Source: a virus (lineage: Duplodnaviria; Caudoviricetes). From it: 64,000 bases of DNA. This document shows positions 46,096 through 55,481 of the stretch, piece after piece. The position numbers and the translations under genes were made by a program. Position 1 is the stretch's first letter, and each line of letters starts with the position of its first letter. Under the pieces are notes generated by a model. It was not told the DNA's origin, did no database searches, and was given only the letters and a program-made list of their open reading frames with translations. The DNA is taken from IMG/VR virus record IMGVR_UViG_2894787282_000001, positions 53,387 through 117,386 of that record; one strand, given 5' to 3'.

Positions 46096-47292
46096 ATGAA
46101 CAAAGCACACCAATTTAAAGGGCTGGCCGACTGGATCGAAGTGTTCCGGGCTGGCACGCACACCGACAGCAAGGGCCGTAGCTGCACTTTCAGCGAGGCC
46201 GACCTGGATCAGATGGTGAGCAACCTGGCGCTGGGCGCTGCGCCCGCCGTGCTGGGCCACCCAAAACACAACGACCCGGCGTATGGCTGGGTCAACGAAG
46301 GCGGTGCCAAGCGTGAAGGTGCCTCGCTGTACGTCAAATTCTCAGATATCAACCCGGCCTTTGAGGCGGGTGTGGCCAGCGGGGCGTATCGCAACCGGTC
46401 GGTGGCGGTGGTGAAAGATGCCGACGCTGGCTACCGCCTGCAGCATGTGGGCTGGCTTGGCGCAGCGGCCCCGGCCATCGCGGGCCTGACCCCGGTGTCG
46501 TTTGCGGCTGATGTGGCAGACGATGCCTGCTTTGAGTTTGCCGCCCCGGGCTACAGCCTGGTGTGGGGCCTGGAGACTGTGGTGCGCCTGTTGCGCGGCC
46601 TGCGCGACCAGATGATTGCCAAGGATGGCCTGGAGGCCGCCGATGCCACGCTGCCGCAATGGCAGATAGACAGCGCCCTGGAGGCCGCAACCCAGGCGCG
46701 CCAGGAGTTTCAGGATGCTGCTGATGACGCGGCCGAGGGCGAGACCGCCGACCCCATTGCCCCCCAATTTTCCAAACCAACCCCAACCGGAGGAGTTATG
46801 TCGTTTACCCAAGAGCAGCTTGATGCTGCAGCGGCCAAGGCCAAAAAAGAGGCCGAAGACAAAGCTGTGGCTGAATTTGCGTCAAGCCAGGCCGAGTTGA
46901 CCAAGTTGCGCGGCGAGCGCCGGGCTGAGCGCATTGGTGCGCAGATCAGCGGCTGGAAGGCCAAAGGACTGGTGACCCCGGCTGAAGAGGCTGGTCTGGC
47001 TGAGTTCATGGGCTCGCTGGAAAGCGGCGAAGGTGGCGAGTTCACCTTCAGCGCCAGTGACAAGAGCGAGGTCAAGAAGACGCCGGCGCAGTTCTTTGCC
47101 GAGTTCATGGCGGCACGCAAGCCGCTGGTGAAACTGGGTGCGCAAATGGTTGCTGATGACGCGCCTGGTGTGAATAGCAACGATGCCGGTGCGCTGGCCG
47201 ACGCCGCGCGCAGCTATATGAAAGAACAGTCTGACAAGGGACTCACCGTGAGCTTGCCAGAGGCCGTGGCCCATGTGGGCCGTCGCGCCTGA
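46096..47292 (+). CDS. Prohead protease I
   Basis: WIEVFRAGTH, LGHP, PAYGWV, YRNRSV, HVGWLGA..PAI.GL. Confidence 0.88.
   Translation: MNKAHQFKGLADWIEVFRAGTHTDSKGRSCTFSEADLDQMVSNLALGAAPAVLGHPKHNDPAYGWVNEGGAKREGASLYVKFSDINPAFEAGVASGAYRNRSVAVVKDADAGYRLQHVGWLGAAAPAIAGLTPVSFAADVADDACFEFAAPGYSLVWGLETVVRLLRGLRDQMIAKDGLEAADATLPQWQIDSALEAATQARQEFQDAADDAAEGETADPIAPQFSKPTPTGGVMSFTQEQLDAAAAKAKKEAEDKAVAEFASSQAELTKLRGERRAERIGAQISGWKAKGLVTPAEEAGLAEFMGSLESGEGGEFTFSASDKSEVKKTPAQFFAEFMAARKPLVKLGAQMVADDAPGVNSNDAGALADAARSYMKEQSDKGLTVSLPEAVAHVGRRA
46798..47292 (+). CDS. Scaffold protein (in-frame internal start, Mu Z-like)
   Basis: GGAGGAG SD before in-frame ATG 46798 after a Pro-rich linker. Confidence 0.7.
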   Translation: MSFTQEQLDAAAAKAKKEAEDKAVAEFASSQAELTKLRGERRAERIGAQISGWKAKGLVTPAEEAGLAEFMGSLESGEGGEFTFSASDKSEVKKTPAQFFAEFMAARKPLVKLGAQMVADDAPGVNSNDAGALADAARSYMKEQSDKGLTVSLPEAVAHVGRRA

Positions 47293-47329
47293 TCAATCCC
47301 TTCAACCCCTCATTTTTCTGGAGTAACGC

Positions 47330-47707
47330 ATGGCAAATATTTTGTTGGTCACCAATCACGTGGCCGAGGGTGCGATTGTTATTAATCGCTTGGTGAAGTA
47401 TGGCGCGACTGATCGCGGCATTTTGCAGGCTTCGGCCAATACCGATTTCATCATCGGCAGTTGCATGGAGTCTGGCGCCGCCGTAGGTGAGCGCCAGGAT
47501 GTGCCACGTGTGGGTCTGGGTTGGGTAGAGGCGGGGGCGGCGATTGTGCGCGGCTCGCCCATCACGTCTGATGCCACGGGCCGCGCGATCGTGGCGGCAC
47601 CGGCTGCTGGCGTGAATGCGCGCATTGTGGGCTTTGCCGATGAGTCTGCTACTGCTGCGGGCGACGTGATCCGGTATGTGATTGAGCCGGGTGTGATGCA
47701 AGGCTGA
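47330..47707 (+). CDS. Capsid decoration/cement protein
   Basis: VEAGAAIVRG..ITSDATGRA; lies between protease and capsid. Confidence 0.75.
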   Translation: MANILLVTNHVAEGAIVINRLVKYGATDRGILQASANTDFIIGSCMESGAAVGERQDVPRVGLGWVEAGAAIVRGSPITSDATGRAIVAAPAAGVNARIVGFADESATAAGDVIRYVIEPGVMQG

Positions 47708-47766
47708 TAAGCCTGGCGCCTGATTGTTTTGAGTAAGTAACCCCCTTTTTTTCTGGAGTAACCCCT

Positions 47767-48720
47767 ATGGCAACGACTTCGTTCCCCGTCAACCCGACGA
47801 TGACGGCAATTGCGATGATGTACAGCAACCCGGCTGTGACATTGATCGCTGACCATGTGATGCCGCGCATTCCGGTGGCCAAGAAGTTCTCTTACAGCTC
47901 GTATGACATCGCGCAGGGCTTTACCGTGCCCCAAACATTGGTGGGTCGTAAGAGCACGCCCACCGAGGTGGACTTCACCGGCACGCTGATCAACGATGAA
48001 ACGCAGGACTTTGGCCTGGACGACGTGGTGCCCAATGACGAAATTGAAGCCTGGGCCAGCATGCAAAAACCCGAGCGCGGTGGGCCGATCAACCCGCTGG
48101 ACATCAGCACCATGCTGTTGACCAAGCTGGTGCTGCTGGACCGTGAGGTGCGAGTGGCTGGCAAAGTGTTCAATGCGGCCAACTATGGCGGCAACACGGC
48201 CACGCTGAGCGGCACCAGCCAGTGGAGCGATTTTGTGAACAGCAACCCGTTGGATGCGATTTTGGCGGCGCTGGACATCCCTCTATATCGGCCCAATGTG
48301 GCGACCTTTGGGCAGGCTGCATTTACCAAGCTGCGTCAACACCCGGCCATTGTGCAGGCGGTGTACGGCACGGCGCAAACCCGTGGCACGGTGACACGCG
48401 CCCAACTGGCCGAGGTGCTGGAGGTGCAGCAGGTGCTGGTGGGCGCAGGATTTGTGAACACGGCGCGCAAGGGTCAGGCAGTGAACAACCAGCGGGTGTG
48501 GGGCAAACACGCGGCGTTTCTGTACATCGACCCGGAGGCCGCACAAGCCAGCCAGCCGACCTGGGGCTTTACCGGCCAGTGGGGCACCCGTGTGGCAGGC
48601 AGCCTGCCAGAGCCCAAGAACGGCCTGCGCGGCAGTGAACGGGCGCGGGTGGGCGAGTCGGTCAAGGAAGTGATCTCGGCCCCGGCGCTGGGCTACTTCT
48701 TCCAGAACGTGGTGGCGTAA
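47767..48720 (+). CDS. Major capsid protein
   Basis: Size, position, LIADHVMPR..LDREVRVA..QWSD. Confidence 0.85.
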   Translation: MATTSFPVNPTMTAIAMMYSNPAVTLIADHVMPRIPVAKKFSYSSYDIAQGFTVPQTLVGRKSTPTEVDFTGTLINDETQDFGLDDVVPNDEIEAWASMQKPERGGPINPLDISTMLLTKLVLLDREVRVAGKVFNAANYGGNTATLSGTSQWSDFVNSNPLDAILAALDIPLYRPNVATFGQAAFTKLRQHPAIVQAVYGTAQTRGTVTRAQLAEVLEVQQVLVGAGFVNTARKGQAVNNQRVWGKHAAFLYIDPEAAQASQPTWGFTGQWGTRVAGSLPEPKNGLRGSERARVGESVKEVISAPALGYFFQNVVA

Positions 48721-48800
48721 ACCGTCAGGCGTTTCCGTGGCAAAGGGCAGTAGTTGCCCTTTGCTGCAAGTCCCCTTTTTCAATTTGATGGAGATTCCCA

Positions 48801-48995
48801 ATGGCAACGAAGAATGACAAAGCTGCAGCCTTGCCCACAAAAACCTACAAGACCCTCACCCAGGTCGAACATGACCAGGTGAAATATGGCGCGGGCCAGC
48901 CTGCAGGTGATGAGCTGGAGCTGACCGATGCCCAGGCTGAGCCGCTGCTGGGCGTGAAAGCGGTCGAGTTGAAGGCTGTTGCTGCCGAGGCCTAA
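48801..48995 (+). CDS. Small head-associated protein
   Basis: GGAG SD; VEHD..Y..GDELEL. Confidence 0.7.
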   Translation: MATKNDKAAALPTKTYKTLTQVEHDQVKYGAGQPAGDELELTDAQAEPLLGVKAVELKAVAAEA

Positions 48996-49001
48996 ACCAG
49001 C

Positions 49002-49526
49002 ATGCCTTACGCAACCGCATCCCAGTACATCCAGAAGTTTGGTCTGGATGACGCCGCCCAACTGCTGGCTGATGAGCAGAACACGCTCACCAGTCAGTTG
49101 TTGGCGGATGCTGTTGCCGTCAGCTTGGGCGGCTCCTGGACAGGTACGCCAGCGCAGGCTGACAAGGATGTGGCCAATGCGGCGCTGGCACGGCTTAACC
49201 GCCAACTGGTGGTCAGCAGCAACTTCATGGATGGCTACCTGCGCAGCGCAGTGACCCTGCCGCTGGCGGTCGGTGATGCCAATGCGGGCGTTCTGGAGGA
49301 TTGCTGCCTGGCGCTGGTTCGTTACGGGTTGGCCGATGACTCTGACAACGCGACCGAGCGCATGGAAAAGGCGTATGAGCAATGGCGCTCCTGGTTGAAG
49401 GATGTGCAGGCTGGGCGGGCGCAATTGGTCGGGGCCACTGGTGAAGCGGTTCCCTCAACCGGGCGGGTGCGCACTGGACAGGCTGTGAGCATGTTTGATT
49501 GGCGCAGTTTTGGAGGCGGGCAGTGA
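49002..49526 (+). CDS. Head-tail adaptor (Mu gp36/DUF1320-like)
   Basis: MPYAT..DGYL...LPL..WLKDVQAG. Confidence 0.85.
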   Translation: MPYATASQYIQKFGLDDAAQLLADEQNTLTSQLLADAVAVSLGGSWTGTPAQADKDVANAALARLNRQLVVSSNFMDGYLRSAVTLPLAVGDANAGVLEDCCLALVRYGLADDSDNATERMEKAYEQWRSWLKDVQAGRAQLVGATGEAVPSTGRVRTGQAVSMFDWRSFGGGQ

Positions 49527-49969
49527 GCGGCACGTCTCTGAGCTTCGGCTTTGACTCCCATCTCATTGCCGGCCATCTGGCGCGGCTGGTGATTTTTGAC
49601 CATGGCAAGTTTGGAGGCGTTCGGCGTGAGATTGGTGAGTTCATGCGCGGCGAAATCCAGGACAACCTGGACGGGCAAAAGCTGTTTGACGGCTCGCCCA
49701 TGCCGCAAAGCAAGGCGGCGGTCAAGCGCCGAGGAAAGACGCTGATCAAGGATCACCATCTGTATGACAGCTACACGTACAACCTGATTGACAGTGGCTT
49801 GGAGGTTGGCTCGGAGAAGGTCTATGCCGCCATTCATCACTTTGGTGGTGAGACGGGACGCCCTGGGCATCGGTTCACACTTCAGGCGCGGCCTGTGATG
49901 GGAATAGGGCCTCGCCAAGAGCTGGCCATTGGTGACTACGTGTTTGCAGCTATCAGGCGGACCCAATGA
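49523..49969 (+). CDS. Virion morphogenesis protein (Mu gpG-like)
   Basis: KTLIK..HLYDS..VGS..YAAIHHFGG..ARP.MGI. Confidence 0.85.
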   Translation: MSGTSLSFGFDSHLIAGHLARLVIFDHGKFGGVRREIGEFMRGEIQDNLDGQKLFDGSPMPQSKAAVKRRGKTLIKDHHLYDSYTYNLIDSGLEVGSEKVYAAIHHFGGETGRPGHRFTLQARPVMGIGPRQELAIGDYVFAAIRRTQ

Positions 49970-50574
49970 GCGCGACGGTCCTTCTTGACCAGGTGGTGGC
50001 ACGGGTGCGGGCCAAGTTCACCAAGACTGAGGTGGCCACGGTGCAGCCGTATGCGGGTGAGTTCTCTGCGGCTGAGATTCCGTTCAAGAGCTACAACTGC
50101 CCGGCCATCTTTGTGACGGTGCAGGGCTGGCAACCGGCAGACAGTGATTGCCGCCTGACTGGCAAGCATGCCAACAAGGTGCAGCTGGCAGCGTTTGTGG
50201 TGTTCAAACATGCCGACCGCAACAAGCGCATGGCCGGGGCGATGCTGCTGGCTGAGCGCCTGGGCATCGTGATGCGCCAGTGGGAGCCGATGCGCGAGAC
50301 GGCAAATGCCAACCTGCCTGTGACGATAGCCGGACTGGAAGCCGATGCCACTTGCGAAAACCTGTACGGCCGTGCGCTGGACGCAGCAGGTCAGGCGCTA
50401 TTTCTGGTCGACTGGCACCAGTGCGTGAAGCCCGAGGTGCCTATGGAACAGATATGGGACTTGTTGGCGGTGGGCATTGTGGACAACACACGGGGCGGCA
50501 CCGTGCCTGCCGATGCTGCGGACACGGGTGTGGTGCCGGTGGTGACTGATGACGTGAAATTTATACAAACCTGA
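49966..50574 (+). CDS. Tail terminator (Mu gp37-like)
   Basis: Position; YAGEF..PAIFV. Confidence 0.7.
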   Translation: MSATVLLDQVVARVRAKFTKTEVATVQPYAGEFSAAEIPFKSYNCPAIFVTVQGWQPADSDCRLTGKHANKVQLAAFVVFKHADRNKRMAGAMLLAERLGIVMRQWEPMRETANANLPVTIAGLEADATCENLYGRALDAAGQALFLVDWHQCVKPEVPMEQIWDLLAVGIVDNTRGGTVPADAADTGVVPVVTDDVKFIQT

Positions 50575-50584
50575 AAGGTAACCC

Positions 50585-50788
50585 ATGGCCAAGACTGATT
50601 CCAAGATTGAAACCCCAGTGGCACCCCCCGCACTGGGCACGCAGGTGCTGGTGAAGGTGGCCAGCGGTTGCATGCTGGTGAACAACGAAACCAATGCTTA
50701 CTTTGAGCCCGACGTGGCTACCCCGGCGACGGTGACCATCACGCTGCTGCGCCGCCTGCAGGACGGTGATGTGACGCTGGTTGGCTGA
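50585..50788 (+). CDS. DUF2635-like small tail protein
   Basis: RRLQDGDV; precedes sheath. Confidence 0.75.
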   Translation: MAKTDSKIETPVAPPALGTQVLVKVASGCMLVNNETNAYFEPDVATPATVTITLLRRLQDGDVTLVG

Positions 50789-50845
50789 ACCGCCTTCACG
50801 CGGCCGTCAAACCCCCATTCAAACTGCCTTTAACGGAACAACGAT

Positions 50846-52330
50846 ATGTCTTTACCCAACCTGCTTTCTTTGAGTTTCCTGGTGCCCTTTGTGGCGGCCA
50901 AGAATGATTTTTCTCGTGCTATCCGGGGCTTACGCGGCATGCAGCGTCGGTTGCTGTTGGTGGGCCACAAGCTGGCGGCCGGTGGCGTGGCGCTGAACAC
51001 CCTGGTCACGGTGACCACTGAAGCCGATGCGATTGCGCTGTTTGGCGAGGGGTCGATGCTGGTGGCCATGTGGCGTGACGCCAAGGCCAATGCGGACTTG
51101 GGCCTGCCGATTGACTGTTTTGCGATTGCGCCCAACGGCTCGGCCGTGGCGGCGACCAGCATCATTGCGATCACGCCGCCGGGCAATTTGGCAATGAGTG
51201 GCGAGGTGATGCTGTACGTTGGTGGTGAACGGGTGAGCGTGGGTGTGACCACGGCAGACACTGCCAACACGGTCGCCACCAAGCTGATCAATGCGGTGAA
51301 TGCCAATGTGGCTTTGCCTGTGACGGCCGCTGCTACGGCCAACCTGTATGAGTGCAAGCTGACCGCACGCTGGGGCGGCCCAACGGGCAACGACATTGAC
51401 CTGCGCACCACGTACTACACCGATGACCGCCTGCCCAACAGCCTGATCGTGACGGTGCCAGCCATGTCGGGTGGGGCTGCGTTGCCGGATGTGACGCCGT
51501 TGATTGCCGCGATGAACCTGTACCGGGCGACCGAGATTGTTTGCCCGTTCACCGACAGCACCAACATGGCCATCCTGGAGACCGAGCTGGCTGCACGCTG
51601 GCTGGCCAACAACATGCAGGATGGCACGGTGATCAATGCGATTCGCGGCACGGAAGCCGCCAACACAACCTGGCTGAGCACCCGCAACAGCCCGCACGTG
51701 CACACCATCACCACGACCAAGGATTGCACCAACCCTTGGGAACTGGCGGCATCTGCCGGTGCGGCGATTGAGAGTCTGGCCGCCATTGACCCGGCCATGC
51801 CTGCCACCGGCATCAAACTGGCGGGCTACAAGGGGCCAAGTCAGGGTAACCACTGGACCATTGACCAGCTCAACAACATGCTGGTGGCCGGTGGATGCCC
51901 GCTGCAGATCGCGCCGGACTACAGCGGCACGCTGTTGCGCATGGTGACGAACTACAAGAAAACGACTTCGGGCGCGGCCGACCGCAGCATGGCCGAGCTG
52001 GCCTGGATCAAGACGATGAGCTACTACCGGTGGTTTCACGTGACTGAGTTCCAGACCAAGTACCAGGGTTTCAAGATCGCCCAGTACATCACCGACCCGA
52101 TCCCTGGCCAGAAGATCATGACCAAGCAACTGGGCGAAGAAATCATGATCGGTCTCTACAAGCTGTTCATGGATGCCGGGCTGTGCCAGAACATGGACTA
52201 CTACCGCAAAACGCTGGTGGTTGAGGTGGATGGACCCAACGGCAAGCTCAAAGTGCAGGATGAGCCAGTGATCGTGACACAGCACTACCAGACCGAAATC
52301 AGCAGCTTTGTGGTGGCCGGACAGGTCTGA
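50846..52330 (+). CDS. Tail sheath protein
   Basis: LFGEGSML..M, GNDIDLR, DPAMP. Confidence 0.9.
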   Translation: MSLPNLLSLSFLVPFVAAKNDFSRAIRGLRGMQRRLLLVGHKLAAGGVALNTLVTVTTEADAIALFGEGSMLVAMWRDAKANADLGLPIDCFAIAPNGSAVAATSIIAITPPGNLAMSGEVMLYVGGERVSVGVTTADTANTVATKLINAVNANVALPVTAAATANLYECKLTARWGGPTGNDIDLRTTYYTDDRLPNSLIVTVPAMSGGAALPDVTPLIAAMNLYRATEIVCPFTDSTNMAILETELAARWLANNMQDGTVINAIRGTEAANTTWLSTRNSPHVHTITTTKDCTNPWELAASAGAAIESLAAIDPAMPATGIKLAGYKGPSQGNHWTIDQLNNMLVAGGCPLQIAPDYSGTLLRMVTNYKKTTSGAADRSMAELAWIKTMSYYRWFHVTEFQTKYQGFKIAQYITDPIPGQKIMTKQLGEEIMIGLYKLFMDAGLCQNMDYYRKTLVVEVDGPNGKLKVQDEPVIVTQHYQTEISSFVVAGQV

Positions 52331-52367
52331 GCCTGACCGGTAACCCAATCAACTCCAGGAGAAAGAC

Positions 52368-52742
52368 ATGGCAGGAACAGACAATTTGCTCTACCACATC
52401 GACCAGATCGTGGTGGACGGCAAGCCGATTGCGTTTGAGGATGGCACCGGCATGCTCAGCGGTGCGGCTCGGTTTGAGAACGACGTGGTGACAAGTGCCA
52501 GTGGCGATGACTTCAACAAGCGCAAACGGGTGCCGACGCTGTTCAAGTGCAAGATTCAGTTTGGGCCAGCCGTGAATCCGGCCGACTATGCCAATTACCT
52601 GGGCGTGCAAATCACCGCCCGTGATGCGCAGAGTGGTCGCCGGGCGCTGATGCCCAATTGCAGTTTTGGCCAGATGGGGGACATTGGCGGCGGGTCGGTG
52701 GATGTGACGTTCAACGTGCTGGCACCGGTGCAGTGGCTGTAA
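52368..52742 (+). CDS. Tail tube protein
   Basis: Follows sheath; size. Confidence 0.8.
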   Translation: MAGTDNLLYHIDQIVVDGKPIAFEDGTGMLSGAARFENDVVTSASGDDFNKRKRVPTLFKCKIQFGPAVNPADYANYLGVQITARDAQSGRRALMPNCSFGQMGDIGGGSVDVTFNVLAPVQWL

Positions 52743-52789
52743 TGAAATAAACCACGTTACCCGAAAGGGGCTGGCCCAGCGGGGGCACT

Positions 52790-52819
52790 AAGGGGCAGGC
52801 TAATCACCTGCCCCTTTTT
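52790..52819 (+). terminator. Intrinsic terminator after tube gene
   Basis: AAGGGGCAGG-CTAATCA-CCTGCCCCTT-TTT. Confidence 0.8.
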
Positions 52820-52824
52820 CATTT

Positions 52825-52869
52825 GGTGAAGTGTTTCACCGTGACGCCCTGGGCCTGGACCGGCACAGT
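52825..52869 (+). promoter_or_regulatory. Late promoter (tail chaperone/tape measure operon)
   Basis: GGTGAA-GTGT-TTCACC, 23 nt, CACAGT. Confidence 0.75.
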
Positions 52870-52876
52870 CGGTGCC

Positions 52877-53446
52877 ATGGACACACAAAGCAAACACATA
52901 GACGATCTCTACACCCTGACTCTGGTGGACGGTCTGCCGACCGAGAGCCAGGGCAAGACCCTGAAGTACCGCGTGGTGAAGCTACGAGAAACCACGGTGG
53001 CGGATGAACGGGCCGCTGCCCGCATGGCGGAACGGGTGCTGGTGGTGGGTGGCAGCCCACGGCTGCTGGTGAGCGAGTCTGACTTTCGCTATGCCATGAC
53101 GTTGCGGCACTGCGAGCAGTTTGTGTGTGACGGGCAGGCGATTTCTCAGGCGCTGCTTGATCTGGACTTGTTTGGCAAGCTGTCAGCGCATGACTTGCAA
53201 CTGATTGAGGAGCGGATAGCCCTGATCACGCTGGCAGCACAGGTGCGTTATGGGGCCATCACGCAAGCAGAGTTTGATGACTTTGTGGCTGGGCGGCCTG
53301 TGCCTGGGGTGCCCCAGTCCCCACAGCCTGGGGGCCAGGCTGCGAGCGTGGGAAAGTATGCTGATGACGCTCAGCCTGGCCCTGCATTGCTCGCCGATTA
53401 CTCTGGAGAATCTGCCCAAGGGGCAGCTGCAGGCCATGGCGCTTGA
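52877..53446 (+). CDS. Tail assembly chaperone (possible frameshift extension to 53471)
   Basis: LVDGL..VKLRETTVAD..LSAHDLQLI; lies between tube and tape measure. Confidence 0.8.
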   Translation: MDTQSKHIDDLYTLTLVDGLPTESQGKTLKYRVVKLRETTVADERAAARMAERVLVVGGSPRLLVSESDFRYAMTLRHCEQFVCDGQAISQALLDLDLFGKLSAHDLQLIEERIALITLAAQVRYGAITQAEFDDFVAGRPVPGVPQSPQPGGQAASVGKYADDAQPGPALLADYSGESAQGAAAGHGA

Positions 53447-53483
53447 GCTGAACCGGCGCGCAAAGAAGTGAAGGCGATGCCCT

Positions 53484-55481
53484 ATGTCTAAAGAGCTGCG
53501 GCTGAAGTATTTCATTGAACTGATCAGCAACATCAAGGAAAAGGCTGGCAGCGATGCCGCTGCCCTGGCCCAGGCGCAGGAAAAGATTCAAAAGGCGCTG
53601 GGAAACACTGAGAACAAGCTGTCCCAGTTTGAGCGGGTGCTGCTTCGGGTTGGCGGGATGCGAAACACCGGCTTGCAGCAGCAGGCGCAGTATTTCACCC
53701 AGATTGCGCTGACGGCCCAAAGGGCGCAGGCGGCGGTGGAACGGTTTGCACGGGTGGCCAGCGCAGCCAACAAGGGTTTGCAAGCCGTGACTGGTGCCGG
53801 TGCGGGGGCTGCGGGGGCGTTCATGGTGGCAAAAGCGGCGCTGGACAAACCGATGGATTACAGCTTGACCTTGGCGCGCATGGCCAATACAGCATTCGCA
53901 GACCGGAACAAGGCAGGCCGCATTGCAGGCAAAGCCGAACTCAACGACGCTGTTATGCGGGCGGTCCGCACGGGCGGCGGAAGCCGCGACGATGCAGCGG
54001 CCACGTTGGATAGTTTGATCTCTTCGGGCGCCATGCCGATTGAGGCAGCCAAGGTGCTGCTGCCGACTTTAATGCGTGGGTCCAGCGCCAGTGGCGCAAC
54101 CGCTGGGCAACTAGGTGCGATTGCGGTCAAGTCGTCACAAAACATGAATATTCCGTTGGCCGACAGCGCGGCCATGCTGGATGAGGCGAACGCGGCGGGT
54201 AAGGCTGGTGGATTTGAACTGCGTGATATGGCCAAAAGTTTGCCTGAGGCGATGGCGGCTGGCAGGCAAAGTGGTTTGGTCGGGCGCGAGGGGTACCGAA
54301 AAATTGTGGCCATGATGCAGGCGAGTGTGATTACCGCTGGCACCAAGGATGAGGCTGCCAACAATGTTGTGAATCTGCTGGCGAAAGCGAACTCCGCTGA
54401 CACCGCCAATGACTTCAAAAAACAAGGGATTGATTTGTCCAAAGAGCTTGTCAAGGGGCGGGCAAACGGGATGGACTCGATAGACACGTTTGTTTCTTTG
54501 GTTGACCGTGTTGCGAGCAAAGATGCGCAATACACGAGCCTCAAGGATCAGCTCGGAAAAGCCAAAACCAATGATGAGAAGCGGGAGACCCTCGCCTCCA
54601 TGGCAGACATTTTGCAGGGCAAGGCAATTGGTGCTGTTGTGCAGGACCGCCAGGCGCTGATGAGTTTGGTGGCGGTGATGAACAACCGTGACTATGTGAC
54701 CGACATACAAACAAAAATGCGCGGCGGTAAAGGCTCGCTGGGGCAGGATTTTGAAGTGATCGCAGATGAATCCAGTTACAAAGCTACGGCGACTGGAAAT
54801 GAGGCCCGGGAGGCTGCAAGCACTGCGTTCAATTCAACTGCGGGTGCGTTGAATTCAGTGCTGGATGGTGCAACGGGTTTGGCGCGAGAGTTTCCGCAGG
54901 TGGCTGCGGCCGCTGCGGGTGCAACCGTGGCGCTGGGTGCATTGGCCGCAGCTTCAACCGCGGCCGCACTGCTGGGTGGCGGTGGTGGGGTCGGGTCCAA
55001 GGTGGGCGGCTGGATCGGCGGGGCTGCAGGAAAGATTGCGGCCTTGTTTGGTGCGGCAAGGATCGGCGGTGGGGCTGTAGCTGGTGCCTCGACGGCAGGG
55101 CGTGTTGGCGCTGGCTTTGGCGCTTTAGGAAAGATGCTGGGGCCGCTTGGGATGATTTTGTCGTTTGATGCGATCAGTGATGAAGATATTGCCAGGCTGA
55201 AGGCGTATGAGGCCAAAAAGGCACGCAATGGCAGCGGTGTGCGTGGGCAGGGATTTGATGATCCGCGTAGGCTGGACTTCTTGACGCTGTCGGCTCCTGG
55301 TGGTGCAGCCGAGCAACTGGCCGCTGGCCAGGCAAGCAAGGCTGCGGCAGTCGAAGGCAAACTGGCCATTGATGTGCGGGTGAGCGATGAGCGAGTGAGC
55401 GCAACATCGGCGGTAGTTCGCCAGCCGGGAGGTGTTCGCGTGAACCCAGGCAACACCAACCCTGGAGGGTTCAAGCCATGA
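53484..55481 (+). CDS. Tape measure protein
   Basis: Ala/Gly-rich; GKAGGFELRDMAK. Confidence 0.88.
   Translation: MSKELRLKYFIELISNIKEKAGSDAAALAQAQEKIQKALGNTENKLSQFERVLLRVGGMRNTGLQQQAQYFTQIALTAQRAQAAVERFARVASAANKGLQAVTGAGAGAAGAFMVAKAALDKPMDYSLTLARMANTAFADRNKAGRIAGKAELNDAVMRAVRTGGGSRDDAAATLDSLISSGAMPIEAAKVLLPTLMRGSSASGATAGQLGAIAVKSSQNMNIPLADSAAMLDEANAAGKAGGFELRDMAKSLPEAMAAGRQSGLVGREGYRKIVAMMQASVITAGTKDEAANNVVNLLAKANSADTANDFKKQGIDLSKELVKGRANGMDSIDTFVSLVDRVASKDAQYTSLKDQLGKAKTNDEKRETLASMADILQGKAIGAVVQDRQALMSLVAVMNNRDYVTDIQTKMRGGKGSLGQDFEVIADESSYKATATGNEAREAASTAFNSTAGALNSVLDGATGLAREFPQVAAAAAGATVALGALAAASTAAALLGGGGGVGSKVGGWIGGAAGKIAALFGAARIGGGAVAGASTAGRVGAGFGALGKMLGPLGMILSFDAISDEDIARLKAYEAKKARNGSGVRGQGFDDPRRLDFLTLSAPGGAAEQLAAGQASKAAAVEGKLAIDVRVSDERVSATSAVVRQPGGVRVNPGNTNPGGFKP

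Noticed and set aside
47313-47762. Repeated TTTTTCTGGAGTAAC before the decoration and capsid genes
   Set aside because: Adequately explained as strong U-rich ribosome-binding sites for abundant proteins.
50930-52348. Long antisense ORFs (also 44436-45992, 37566-38819, 56746-57918, 19841-20968)
   Set aside because: They are shadows of GC-rich genes on the opposite strand, with no motifs or SD.
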